DNA of 64,000 bases, from assembly GCA_951406725.2 (NCBI GenBank), contig OX597832.1, positions 13,702,001 to 13,766,000 of the forward strand, in the 5' to 3' direction. The position numbers and the translations under genes are program-made. Below, piece by piece: positions 28,769 to 41,887 of the stretch (within the stretch, counting starts at the first letter, position 1; each line of letters opens with the position of its first letter). This stretch comes from Octopus vulgaris (lineage: Eukaryota). Below the pieces are notes generated by a model. That model did not search any database and was not told the origin of the DNA. It was given only the letters and a program-made list of their open reading frames with translations.

Positions 28769-29151
28769 TCTCGATAGTCATTATAGCTTGAACAATTAGT
28801 TTAACGTGCACTCCACTTCAATAGAGAAATTCTTTTGTGAGATAGACGAGGAAGGAGAAGGAGAGAGGAAGAGGAGAAAAAGGAGAGAGAGAGAGAGGAG
28901 GGAGAGGGAGAGAGAAAGGAGGAAGCCAGATGATGATGATGGTGGTGACTGGATAGGAAAAAGTAACATTTTTTAATTGAATTAATTTTTTTTATATCAC
29001 CTATCACTTAAGGCATCCGCATATGTGCACTTCCGTGAAATACCCACGCTTATTTAAGTGGCAGATTTATGCAATTTATCATATGTACCATTAATTCCCT
29101 GAAATATTCGAGGGTCCCCGCTAACTATTATCATCCAAGTTGCAAAGGCTG

Positions 29152-29330
29152 GGACTTGGCAGAATTGTTAGCACGCCGGCATTTCATCCGTCTTCAGGTT
29201 CTGAATTCAATTTCTGCCGGGGTCAATTATGCCACTCGGGGTCGAGAAAATAAGTATCAATTGAGTACCAGGGTCGATGTAATCGACAAACAGCACCCCA
29301 CGAAACTGGTGGTCTCGTGTTAAAATCGGA
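29152..29330 (+). mobile_element. Degenerate SINE type A
   Basis: ttggcagaattgttagcacgccgg..gaattcaatttctgccggggtc..gggtcgatgtaatcgac. Confidence 0.6.
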
Positions 29331-30759
29331 AACCAACAATTTAACGAGTGTTACATAATTTAATGCAGAAAATAAACTCCGTACGATCTGATTTCAGAAC
29401 GTCGACATTTTCTGTGGCATTCAATCCTTTTATGTTAAATCTATTTGCCGACTTTACTGCTCTAAGAAGGAATAAATTATAAATAAATATAACTAAAATG
29501 AATTTAAATAGAGGTATTTTACAACTGGTTTGTTTAACATAATGTCTGGGGTACCCAGCAGGCAAGGTTGGTTGCAGAATCAATTTAGCAAAGAAAGAAA
29601 CCTCTTCAAATATTTATTTACATCATCACGCATTTTGATTTCCAATACCGCGTCTAGCTAAAATGAAAAATAGGCAACTACTCTGGTGTAAATTCTCCAT
29701 GACTTTGATATGTCTATCTGAAAATTTCTGTGTCAAATATTTTATATACAGCGATATATATACATTTAGGATATTACACATAACTTTAATCGGGGAAGGG
29801 GAATCTAAAGAAATGTAAAATGAATACATGGCAATAACTGACATCATTTATCATTTTAAATATACTCTGGACAAATTAAATATACGTTGTTTAATTTAAT
29901 CAAAGTTGCACATATATTAATAAAAATGTATGAATGTGAAGTAGCGTGTCAATGATGCTTTGCTGGTATTTTGTACATGTGCATACGTTTGTATTTTAAA
30001 ATATTTTTCGTTAGATTCGTTATATGTGAAAATATGTGCAATAAGAGTGACAGTTATGATGTTCTGTGATTAACGCACATGTGACTCTCATATTGCGTTT
30101 CATCTGCCATTTTTTATAACCGTATATTAAACGGCAAGACCAGTTTTATATGCGCGGATTTGTCAGTGAATGCAATGTTATCGTTTCGTTGCAATCACTG
30201 TTTGATTATTGGAAAACATATCACATCACAAGCAATTAATTTAATGCTTAAAGGCACCACGCTAATACTTTTTTATGATGCACGTAATTTGAAAGACGAT
30301 TTCAAATCAGCCGCTTTGAACGCTTTTCTCATTAAATTAATAAAAATGCTAATTTCTTAATTGATCAAATAACATCCCAGTTTTATTAACTATAACTCGG
30401 TGACTAATATTGTCAAATGTGCATGAGTAAACCATAGAAAAATATTAATTTCATCTTTGCGCATTTTGCAATCTGATATAAACTGTTGCAGCTAAATGCA
30501 TTATAAAACAAGAATAATTCTGTTTGGAAAATACTGGTTACACATTTCACGGTCAAAGTTAGTGCAAATCATGAGGCGGAAAATTACGGTTATTGGCGTG
30601 ATGGGACACACAATATTCGTATCAAGGGAATGAATAGCCGTTTTCTTTGCATGAATTGGAGTATTTGTTAAGCGGACAGAAATCCGTTTATGTCACTTTT
30701 CATCATGGCAAATTTGATTGTATTTTTTACGCCAGCTATTTATTCTATTATATTTTATT

Positions 30760-30824
30760 GCCAAACCGCTAGGTTACGGGGACCTAAACACACCAGCACT
30801 GGTTGTCATGACGAATGCTGACAC

Positions 30825-30909
<85 letters not shown>

Positions 30910-31085
30910 TATATGTATGTATATATGTTGGATAAGCTTCTTTCAGTTTCCTTCAACCAAATTCACTCACAAGGTTTTGGCAGGCTAAAGACTATAGTAG
31001 AAGACACGTGCCCTGGTTGCAACGCACTGGGACTAAATCCAGAGCACGTTTGGGAAGTATTCCTCTTAGCACACGTCCACGCCTG
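30760..31085 (-). mobile_element. Degenerate SINE type D
   Basis: aaaccgctaggttacggggac..ccaaattcactcacaaggtttt..gtagaagacacgtgccc matches 58445-58856. Confidence 0.65.
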
Positions 31086-31107
31086 GTCAATATGTATATA
31101 ATAAATA

Positions 31108-31315
31108 AGGCGGCAAGTTGGCAGAAACGTTAGCACGCCGGCAAAATGCGTAGCAGTATTTCGTCTGCCATTATGTTCTGAGTTCAAAATCTGCCGAGGT
31201 CGACTTTACCATTCAGCCTTTGGTGGTCGATGAATTTAGTACTAGTTGCATACTAGGGATAATATAACCGAATGGCCTCCTCCCCCCAAATTCCGGACCT
31301 TGTGCCATGAGTAGA
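31108..31315 (+). mobile_element. SINE type A variant
   Basis: ggcggcaagttggcagaaacgttagcacgccgg..gagttcaaaatctgccgaggtcgacttt. Confidence 0.75.
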
Positions 31316-31339
31316 AAAAATAGATATCATAATTTATAC

Positions 31340-31833
31340 ATCTTGTATTACAATGCTCTTGGTGAGATTGAAATTTATCGTTGCGGTTTCAAGTTTTAAT
31401 TGCTCAATTTCACAATGTTTGTAGGTAAAATATCTTCTATTTGCTGCTTTAACATGTTAAATAGACAGGAACCCACAATTAGAAGTATTTTCCTATAGTA
31501 TACCACAATTAACATGTTGACTATGGTTGTGGGTAATTTAGTGATGTTGTTTAGCCCGATATCAATATTAATTAGTGTTTCGGATTTATGATGAAAGGTG
31601 TAATGGTTGGGAATATCTTGTATTTTTTCTTCTGATGTATTATTAGTAATGGTCACCGATGTTATTTTAAATATTATAAAGTGAATCATTTGAATTCTTT
31701 TTTCAAATATCATGAGACATTTTATGACTCCTGTGTGAACGCATATATTTCCGTATCTAATTCTCAAGCTTTTGTCCATAAGTATTAAATATTCTAAATA
31801 CATAATACTCTTCCTTAGAGAAGCAGACAACAT
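31340..31833 (-). pseudogene. Possible decayed leucine-rich-repeat gene fragment
   Basis: KIQDIPNHYTFHHKSETLINIDIGLNNITKLPTTIVNML fits LxxLxLxxNxIxxLPxxIxxL; only one or two repeats are readable. Confidence 0.3.
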
Positions 31834-33536
31834 GAAAGTCTTTCAAGTTACATATGAATATTTATACATCTTTCCATTTCAAAAGTACAAATATCAGAAA
31901 AGCTTCCTTGCTCTTAATATCTAAAACTCTTTGTATTTCTAAAAAAAGTTAATGTATTAGTCGAGTAATTGCATGTAAATTCTAGACAATTTTTGGGTGC
32001 CAATGATACCAATTTACGAATAACAGCAACCTGACTTATTGACACAAAACAGATTCGGCTAATTCAATATTAAATGCGTTGGCGGTGAAGAATCATGCAA
32101 TGTTCTAAGGGAAGGAGAATTTATTCATTAAATGCTTTAGTCAATATTCCTTAGCTCTCGTGTATATGTTACTAGCATCGTGTGTTAGAAATATAGTCTT
32201 TATAAGAACTGGTTTGTATGCATCGTAAACGAATTGAATCATGTGAAAGCAAAATACTTGAAATATTACAAACAGACGAGAATAGAAAATTTTATTCACA
32301 AACTGTTACTGTTTGTTATTGAAATCTAAAAAGAAAAAGAAAGATACATTTTCATGAATATTACATCATTTCCATCTTCTTTATATTGCAGTTGTCTCAA
32401 TTTGAGTGGCATTTCAAATTGCATAGTACATTAATTCTTAATAGAAAACCATTTCTTTATTTGGCCTTTGGTGTTATACATTCCTTAACGAATGCTGGAC
32501 TGCTTCTCATGCATTTATTTTTAAGGAACCTAGGTGAAATGTGTTTCTTCTATATTGGTTACTTCCGATATGACAAAATGAATTGTTTCATTTCAATAAA
32601 CGTGATCTGAGATAATCTTGTATCTTTTGACACAACGCATGTATCATTTATCATGACATAATCTGTTGTCAGAACTCGCAACATACCTCATCAAGAACAG
32701 CCATGACAAAGATCCACATACTGGGACTCCTGTCCTACTAGAAGCATTCTTGGACACCCTGTCTGTCAGTCTCTCTTTGACTCTTTCTCCCTCTTTCTGT
32801 CTCTCTGTGTCGCTGACTGTAAATCTTTCTGTCTGTTTAAACGAGAATATAAAAAAGGAGAAATCAAAGTCTTCAGTGTGAGTATGTGGTTTGTGGGGGT
32901 CGACCGCCTCCTCCGCTTCATTTTTTTTAATCACTCATTCTCATTTAATTGTATATATTTTAATTGTTTGTTTATTCATACGTTTCGTCTCATTCGAAAC
33001 ACTTAGCCCTATGCTTGTTTTGTCTGTCCTTGTATCGTCCCCTCTTTTTCTCAACCTTATGGTGAATAAAGAAATACTCTCTCTCTCTCTCTCTCTGCTA
33101 TCCTCTCTCTCATTGACTCACTCACTCACTCTGATATAAGTGTTTCTAAAGAATGTTCCTAAGAACTTATTGCAGGAAATATTCTAGAGTAACTAGTGTA
33201 TCGACAGTGTCTGTGAATTTAATGTGAAACATGCATGGACATTTTAATTAAATACTATCTCGGTTGCTTGTAGCGCATTTCAATAACCCTGGCATTCAGA
33301 ATATCAGTGAACTTTTCATTCATTCTCTTTTTTCTTTTTTTTTTTACTATATCTGAATCGACGAATTCTATTCTCATCATGTGGGCGAGTGCGAGGACAC
33401 GCCCTCGGAAAAAAAGGCCCATAATGCCGAAATGCATGTCACGTTCTAGCGGATATTTGCTGGGGCGAGATTTCATCGCTCTCTCTACCCCTCCGTCTTT
33501 ATCTTATCTCTCTCACTCCTCTCTCTCTCACTCGCT

Positions 33537-33575
<39 letters not shown>

Positions 33576-33587
33576 CTCATACACACA

Positions 33588-33669
<82 letters not shown>

Positions 33670-34505
33670 AATATATAGATAGATGGGCATGCAACCACCC
33701 ACCTACCCATACACACAAATATATATATTTACATACGTACAGCCAACCACACACATACAAGGCTCAGACACTCATGTTTCCTTCCGGTGTGTCTGCATTA
33801 TACAGTCACAGTCACATATATACCGCAGATTTTTAAATCAGCAGCACACCGTCCTCTTGTATCTAATGTTGTATTTTCTTAAATTTTCTGTTTGATGTTG
33901 AATTCTTCCAGTGAAGCTTCTACGTTCTCTTTGCTCCACTTCCTTCTCCCGAACCCATACTCCCTCGGGTAACAGATATCATATTGAAATTTGCTGCAGA
34001 ACAATTTCTGCGTTAGTCTACGATCTTGTGTGCGACCATCTTCTCCTGCCTCAGAATCGTGTGCTTGCTATAAAATTCTGTTCGAAACATAACATTGTCC
34101 TACCATGAGATGCCAAGAAATATATCCTACGGCATGTGGAATCGTGGAGAGTCACCTGAATTAAACGCTCATAGTAAATATCCATATTTCACTATAAGTA
34201 ATTCAGTAAATCGTATTATATGGTACACTTTAATTTCAACTCCTGGAGTGATCTATCGATTGTTTGTATATATATTATCTTGAATGCAAAACTTAACTTT
34301 GTGTGACTGGCACCCACTTTCTCAATGTGGATAATAGTTCTTCATAGTACCCGTTGCAGGTAGGGGGAATTATCCTCCGAAACGGTTTCTTGTTCATTGA
34401 AGTAGATTTTGGATTAAACGTATGCTTAATCTGAAGATCAATTTTTTTTCCCCACATTCATCTACACTGTGGTGTCAGAGATATAGCATTTGTATTATTA
34501 TTAAA

Positions 34506-34605
34506 GGTGGCGAACTGGCAGAATCGTTAGAACGCCGGACGAAATGCTCACTAAATTCTGAGTTCAAATACAGATGAGGTCGATTTTACTTTTCTTCCAT
34601 TCGGA
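34506..34605 (+). mobile_element. SINE type A 5' fragment
   Basis: ggtggcgaactggcagaatcgttag..gagttcaaat..gaggtcgatttt. Confidence 0.65.
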
Positions 34606-35116
<511 letters not shown>

Positions 35117-35119
<3 letters not shown>

Positions 35120-35965
35120 CACACAGCAGATTAGACTGTCGGAAAAGGGAAAAAAAATCTAACATCAGACCTTATATGCCAAGAACCCTCCTAAGAAACC
35201 TAGCTGCCTCTAATAACACTGTCTTCTGGAACTTCACTGAATTGTGCTTTGTGTCCATTTCCTGTATCCATTTGTTCAGATGTTTAGGGTTAGTTCCCAA
35301 ATCCCCTATACATTTTACTCACACTTTCAAATAGTCTCTGTAATTCAGTGGCTAGGTCCTGGTACTTGTTATTTCTTCTATACCTCTCATATTAATACTT
35401 TCATTATTTGGGACTGTAAAGTCAGATCTTTGCTACTTTCTATTCTCTTTATCTACTACTACAAAAACCTGCCTTCTTGTTTCTATTACTCCTTCAGTCT
35501 GAATGTTAAAGCCCCACAACTTCTTGTATTTCTTATTTTCTAGTAATTTTCTAGGTTCCTATTCATACCATTTATCACCATTTTCAAATCCTAGCTTTCT
35601 ACAAAGCTCCCAGTGGATTATAGTCTATAAATAGTCATGTCTTTTCTTGTATTCTTTCTGTTCCACCGTTCCACCTTCACATAACCTATGAGTAATGCTT
35701 TGCACAATCTACATTGGGAATCTATTTGTTGTTTTCTATCTTAACTTCTATCCAATTAGTCCTTAATATTTGATGATGTGCAGGTACTAACATACTCTTT
35801 GCCTCCCTTTTCAGCTTTCCTTTCTGCAATCATAACCATATCCCACTGCTACTATTTGCTGCAACAATCTTTGCGAATCTACCATGCAAAGCCTTCTCCT
35901 AGCAGTCAGATAAATTTTGTTCATTTTTCTGGTTCTTAATTTGCTTTGGGTTCTTTTTCCTATGT
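35117..35965 (-). mobile_element. R4/Dong-clade LINE 3' end (restriction-like endonuclease) abutting (TAA)n
   Basis: Minus strand: EKALHGRF..LQKGKLKRE..EYKKRHD..IHWELC..KWYE..LWGFNIQT..FQKTVLLEAARFLRRVL. Dong elements are known to target TAA repeats. Confidence 0.75.
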
Positions 35966-35984
35966 CTTCCAATGACTCGGTACT

Positions 35985-36700
35985 AGAACGATTTGCCCAC
36001 GGTTAGTTGTCGTCGGTTAATTTGACCCCGGCCAATTAATCGTTGATCAATTTCTCCCCAGGTCAATTCGTCGCTGACCAATTCGTTCCAAAATTGTCTT
36101 AAATGTGATTTTGGAAGGAAAGTTTAAAACAATCACTTTAGAAATAAAAATGTCGTTGAACAGTATTAGATATTATCCATCCTTTATTTTACCCCCCCCA
36201 CACACACTCTTTCTCTCTCTCTCTTAATTATCTGCAATGAACAATTTACAAATAAAGATTATCATGCAAATCAAATAAAATTTATTCAATACGACTACTC
36301 ATCAACATGACTACATGAAAGAATATAACTTCAGAGACAGGAAAAATGAAAGTGGTTGATCAAGAAAATCATATATACACAAAAAAATTAACAGAATGCA
36401 GATCGATTGAAGATATACTACAGATGCGAAAACGTGTGTGCCTGGCGAAACTTCATACTGATAAAAATTATAAAGAGCTTAAGAAGATCGGGATCCATAA
36501 ATACGCTTCAACTGCTGCAGAGGTAAATGCAAGGATAATAGTCTCAAGTATTTAAAGTAATACACCTAGTTCAATTATTGCTATGGAAAGTTCAGAATTT
36601 AAACGACGGCACGTTGTCTCAAATACCTCAGTTTTCAGAGCTTAACGGAAATATTAGATGTTGGAGGCAAGCTGATTCCAACTCTCTTGCCATCATTAGT
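35985..36700 (+). mobile_element. Possible decayed Mutator-like DNA transposon 5' end
   Basis: Subterminal tandem units like ggtcaattcgtcgc (35990-36090), then a frameshifted FLYWCH-like segment KVVDQENHIYTKK..YYRCE..CLAKLHTD..GIH. Confidence 0.4.
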
Positions 36701-36767
36701 TATTTAATGTATAAATTGCCTAAAAAATTTATAGCATGCAGACTACCTTATATTATATTGTGAATTA

Positions 36768-36842
<75 letters not shown>

Positions 36843-36843
<1 letters not shown>

Positions 36844-37053
36844 CGGGAAGCTTTATGAATATAAACAAAAGACGAAGGCAGGTGGAATACAAACAAACAA
36901 TTGTATTAGTATGGCGCTCCGGAATATAAATAAAACAAGTCTTTTACGTTTCGAACCTACGCTCTTCAACAGAAAGATACACAGAAAAGAAACACGGAGA
37001 GAAACAAGGAGAGAAAAAAAATACGTTCAGAAGCTAGCGAATCAACATGGCGA
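36843..37053 (-). mobile_element. Solo HHR-bearing PLE tail inserted in (TA)n
   Basis: Closely matches 19416-19628; HHR at 36940-36977 reads TCTTT CTGTTGA A GAGC gtag GTTC GAA ACGT A AAAGA. Confidence 0.8.
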
Positions 37054-37071
37054 ATATATATATATATATAT

Positions 37072-37256
37072 TATTTCTTTATTGCCCACAAGGGGCTAAA
37101 CATAGAGGGGACAAACAAGGACAGACAAACGGATTAAGTCGATTACATCGACCCCAATGCGTAACTGGTACTTAATTCATCAACACCGAATTGATGAAGG
37201 GCAAAGTCGACCTAGGCGGAATTTGAACTCAGAAAGTAGCAGCAGAAGAAAAACCG
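37072..37256 (-). mobile_element. SINE type A, 5'-truncated
   Basis: Matches 2502-2725. Confidence 0.8.
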
Positions 37257-37913
37257 TGTGCAAATGCTAAATTATTTGGTAAAAATTAAATTGAGTATGG
37301 TTATTTCTTAGTATTTGAACTGTTAGAGTTATTTTAGCAATGTATCCAGTACAACCCCTAAACAAATAAAATAATATTTTCTTAAATAATAGATCCACAT
37401 ATTTCGGTTACTGACTTATTCACGAACACACCAAAACTGGCGCCCCTGAGGGCAATATTGTCTAGGAACGCACAAAAGCCATTTTCAGTGTTATTTACTT
37501 TGAAATGTTATTATCTCATATTTGATTAACCTGTTATTACGTTACATGCTCCACGATTTTAGCATACATAACTTATTAGTATTTCCTCCTATGCTCTGTA
37601 TACTTAGTGAAAGCATTAAAGCCTTGGTCGGGGCTAATTTATTTGAATTCTTACTATCGTGTAACTAAACTCATGTTATTACAAAACTGGCTTTGCAATT
37701 TGGGTATTCATAACTTAATGGGCATTCCTGTGTAAGAGAGATCCTGTGTAAGAGATTTCGGTATTCTCTGTAAATGCTCAAAATCTGTCCTAAGGGCTAC
37801 ATACTTTGTATTGTTGTTATTGGATTAGCGAAACAGTTATAAGAACGGAAAGAAAGAATAAGACCCTATTACTCGGGAATTATTGGGTAGTATATACATA
37901 TACATACATATAT

Positions 37914-38052
<139 letters not shown>

Positions 38053-38924
38053 TGAAGAGCCAGTTTGTGTAATTTTCTATGAATGTTAATAATTGTCTGA
38101 TATTGTACCAACACATAATTTTTTCTCTCCATTCTATTGTAATGCGCCTGACATTTGTATGCCCCTTTGCGAGATGTAAGATTGATGTGTCGGATGTTCA
38201 GTTCGGAAATGTGCAGATCACTGTCTACAGGGTAAAGTGTGTGAGCGACGAGAAATTTAGAGTTACAACACAAACATACACACGCACACTCACACATGCA
38301 CCCATATACTCACGTACAGCAGATACATGTGAATAAGAAATATGTATATATTTGTTAATTCAGAAAGAAATCCCATTAGTAAAAATGTAATATGTATTTT
38401 ATATTATCAATTTTGCTACTGTCATGAATTTTATTGTTTAATATTTTTCAGACTCATTTTTATTCTGTTGGGGATATCGCATGAAAAATATACTCTCTGT
38501 TATATTTTAGTAAGATATCATAAAGAAAAAAATTGTAAATAATCATTATAAAGAAAGGTCATAAGTTGCACTTCATCCTTGCTAATACTTTGGGCATATC
38601 CGTCTCTCCCGTTGAAATAGAATGGCAGAGAATTAAAAGTGCTGCCTTGCAATTCTTGTGTCGCCGGATTTTACATGTCAAGCTGTGAACTAACCAGATG
38701 AAAATTTAAAACAGAAGTCAATTTTCTCCTTACCATCAAGAGAAACATAACATACTTTTAGAAAGCAAACAAGTAACGTGGGCTATCTCTCCACAAGATT
38801 AATTCTTTCATCACAGAGCCGTACATTGGTGACCTATGAACACATTTCTGCGTATATCACTGATTTCGCTATGAGATTGTAGTACTATAACTATAAGCTA
38901 TCTTATGAATCTAAATACTTCTTT

Positions 38925-39095
38925 CTACTATAGGCACAAAACCTGAAATTTTGGGGAAGGTACCTGGTAGAAATACACCAGTTCTCAGTTCGTACTTACT
39001 CCATCGATCCCGAAAGAATGAAAGAATGTTAACTTTAGGTAATTTGAACTCAGAACGTAAGACTTCTGAATTGGCGCTAAGACTCGCCCAGCCTG
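38925..39095 (-). mobile_element. Degenerate SINE type A-like copy
   Basis: cccgaaagaatgaaag..atttgaactcagaacgtaa. Confidence 0.5.
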
Positions 39096-40225
39096 CTTAG
39101 AGTTCTGAAGAAATCTAAATAATATGCAACGCATATACGTGCAATTGGTTAGCACATGTGATTAACCTGTCTTTAAGAATTCCGTTTCCCAAAAGAAACT
39201 CGAATTTTCTTAATATATGTATAACAAAAGCCCAATGATTTTGACATGTCTATGGTAATGTACGCCTATAGACAAAATATTTTCATTAAGAAAGCAATAC
39301 TACCCTTGCATTCGTATTACTATAAGATGACATTTTACGTGGATCTTGAGAAATTTGCATTCAACAGATACTACTTACCGTTTGTTAATGCCAAACCTTT
39401 ATAGGGATTATAGCTTACAAGCTTCTGGTAAATTTAAATGAAGAATTAGAATTAGAGAGTTATTCAAGCGTTAGTCTTAAATATCACAAAATCTAAGACA
39501 TTTTCAGATGACACTTCACTACTTACACTGCAGAAAATTTCCATCCACAAAATTAGACAATCTGCAAACTTTAGATATTTAATGCAATAGCGAAACAACC
39601 TTCAAAGATATTAAGTAAAATAAAATATTAAGGGCAAGCGCACAGCCACATAAGTCATGGGAGCAATAACTGAAGGGGAGTCGGTGGATGAGATATTAAG
39701 TTTTATCATAGTTAGCAAGCAAGTAGAGATTGATAATAGGATAAAATTGTACCAGAAAAAAGAATGCATACAGCAGTATCCGCAACGAATAAATGTTTCC
39801 TTCAACGAAGTATTAGAAATGTTAATAAACAGCATATTAGAACATTCGACTTTTTACAGTGTGGCCATAGTTAGGTGTAAAAATTATTATATTTTTATCG
39901 TATTTGAAATTCTTCAAAGTATTTCCCAGCAATATTCTCTACTCCTCACCAGGTCTGAGGATTAGTACTTCGCTATACATTTAGAAAAAGTCGAATCGAA
40001 AGGAAATATACACGTCCCCAAAAACTGACATCATAAAAGTTGGAAAGATTGGTATCCCTTCACTACGATGACGGATGCTGGACTTACAGTAATTTATATG
40101 TGTAGCCACTACTGGTTGCAAACATATATACACATATATGCATACATATATATACACACATATATATACATATGCATATATTTATATATATGCACACACA
40201 CACACACTCACTCACACACACACAT

Positions 40226-40266
<41 letters not shown>

Positions 40267-40267
40267 G

Positions 40268-40456
40268 GACGCCATGATAGATCGTTAGCTACTACACGCA
40301 TTTTTTCTCTCCTTGTTTTTTCTGTGTATCTTTCTGTCGAAGAGCGTAGGCTCGAAACGTAAAAGAGTGTTTCTATTCCTGAGCGCTATGCTAATACATT
40401 TGTTTGTTTGTACTTCACCAGCCTTCGTCTTTTGTTTATTTTCGTAAACGTTCCCG

Positions 40457-40458
<2 letters not shown>
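40268..40458 (+). mobile_element. Solo HHR-bearing PLE tail inserted in (TA)n
   Basis: HHR at 40329-40366 reads TCTTT CTGTCGA A GAGC gtag GCTC GAA ACGT A AAAGA; same family as 19416 and 36843. Confidence 0.8.
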
Positions 40459-40498
<40 letters not shown>

Positions 40499-40639
40499 AT
40501 ACCTATACATATATACATATCAGTTTCCATAGAGAAAATATTTATTTTACTGTTAAAAGGTGTAGAAATACCCCATTTTTTCAGTGTCACCGTTTATGAG
40601 GATTCCCAGCTCGATGCTTCAGGCTAATTGACTTTAATT

Positions 40640-41030
40640 AACGGGAAATTAATCACCTGTTTGACATTCTAACAAGGTGGCTTGGACACATGACTTGGAC
40701 TCTCTTCAGCTGTGTCTGTGTGCAAATGCTTGGCAGATCTTGTCGAAAGAAAACATCCGAGTCTAAGACCTTGTCTTCCCAGGTAATTCTCAAAAGCTTT
40801 CTCACGCTGCTTATGTGGAAGCAGTTTAGCTTCTCAGCTAACAATCCGTGTCTCGTATGCGAGCAGTAACATAGGCAGCACTACTCTTTGTTACACCTTC
40901 AACTTGATGGCCAGCATAATGTTATAGCTTTATTTACGTAGATGGCCGAATGCAGCAATGCCTGTGTTAACACCATCGTCAATGTTCAGAGATGTGGAGA
41001 GCATGTCCAGGAATTTTGTTTCTGTGAAAT
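40640..41030 (-). pseudogene. RTE-clade LINE RT C-terminal fragment
   Basis: AAFGHLRK..IKLKV..VVLPMLL..YET..KLNCFHISSVRKLLRITWEDKVLDSDV..HLVRM. Confidence 0.7.
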
Positions 41031-41516
41031 GATTGTGAGGACACAGTGTGTTGCAGATAGTGAAAAAGCACTTCATGCTCTGTTGCATCAGAGCCTCTGT
41101 AGCCGCATTGGTTTAGCATTTCCCTGTGAGTAAAACATCCCGCACTGTGTCCTTTCTCCTCTTGGACATAGACTGTAGACTCCGCAGATTAAAAAGACTG
41201 CTATCAAACCTAAATGTTCTCTTCTCTTGGATATAATCACACACTCTATACTACTATCATACTGTCGCCATCAGTACTCTGTGGCCATCAAAGCTGTGAC
41301 TTTTTGGCATATATTTCTCTTTATCATGAGCCTGCTATATGTAAAATTCAGAAGATATTGCCGGATCAAATAATGCCGAATGAGTTTTTGTCGAATTAGA
41401 ACATGAGTTGATGTCATGGCGCTGTGTTGTATAGATACACACAATTTACACGATAACATATACATCTATTCATATAAGAACTTGTAGTCTTAAGGATGCA
41501 TATGTATGTATGTATG

Positions 41517-41581
<65 letters not shown>

Positions 41582-41733
41582 TAGATAGATAGATAGATAG
41601 ATAGATATATACATATATACATATATATTCATGTATTTACATGCATGTGCAAAGGCACATACATAAAAACACACACATATATGTACAAACACATTTATAC
41701 AAACATATATATATATATATATAAATATGCATA

Positions 41734-41797
<64 letters not shown>

Positions 41798-41815
41798 GCA
41801 TGCACACACACACAC

Positions 41816-41887
<72 letters not shown>

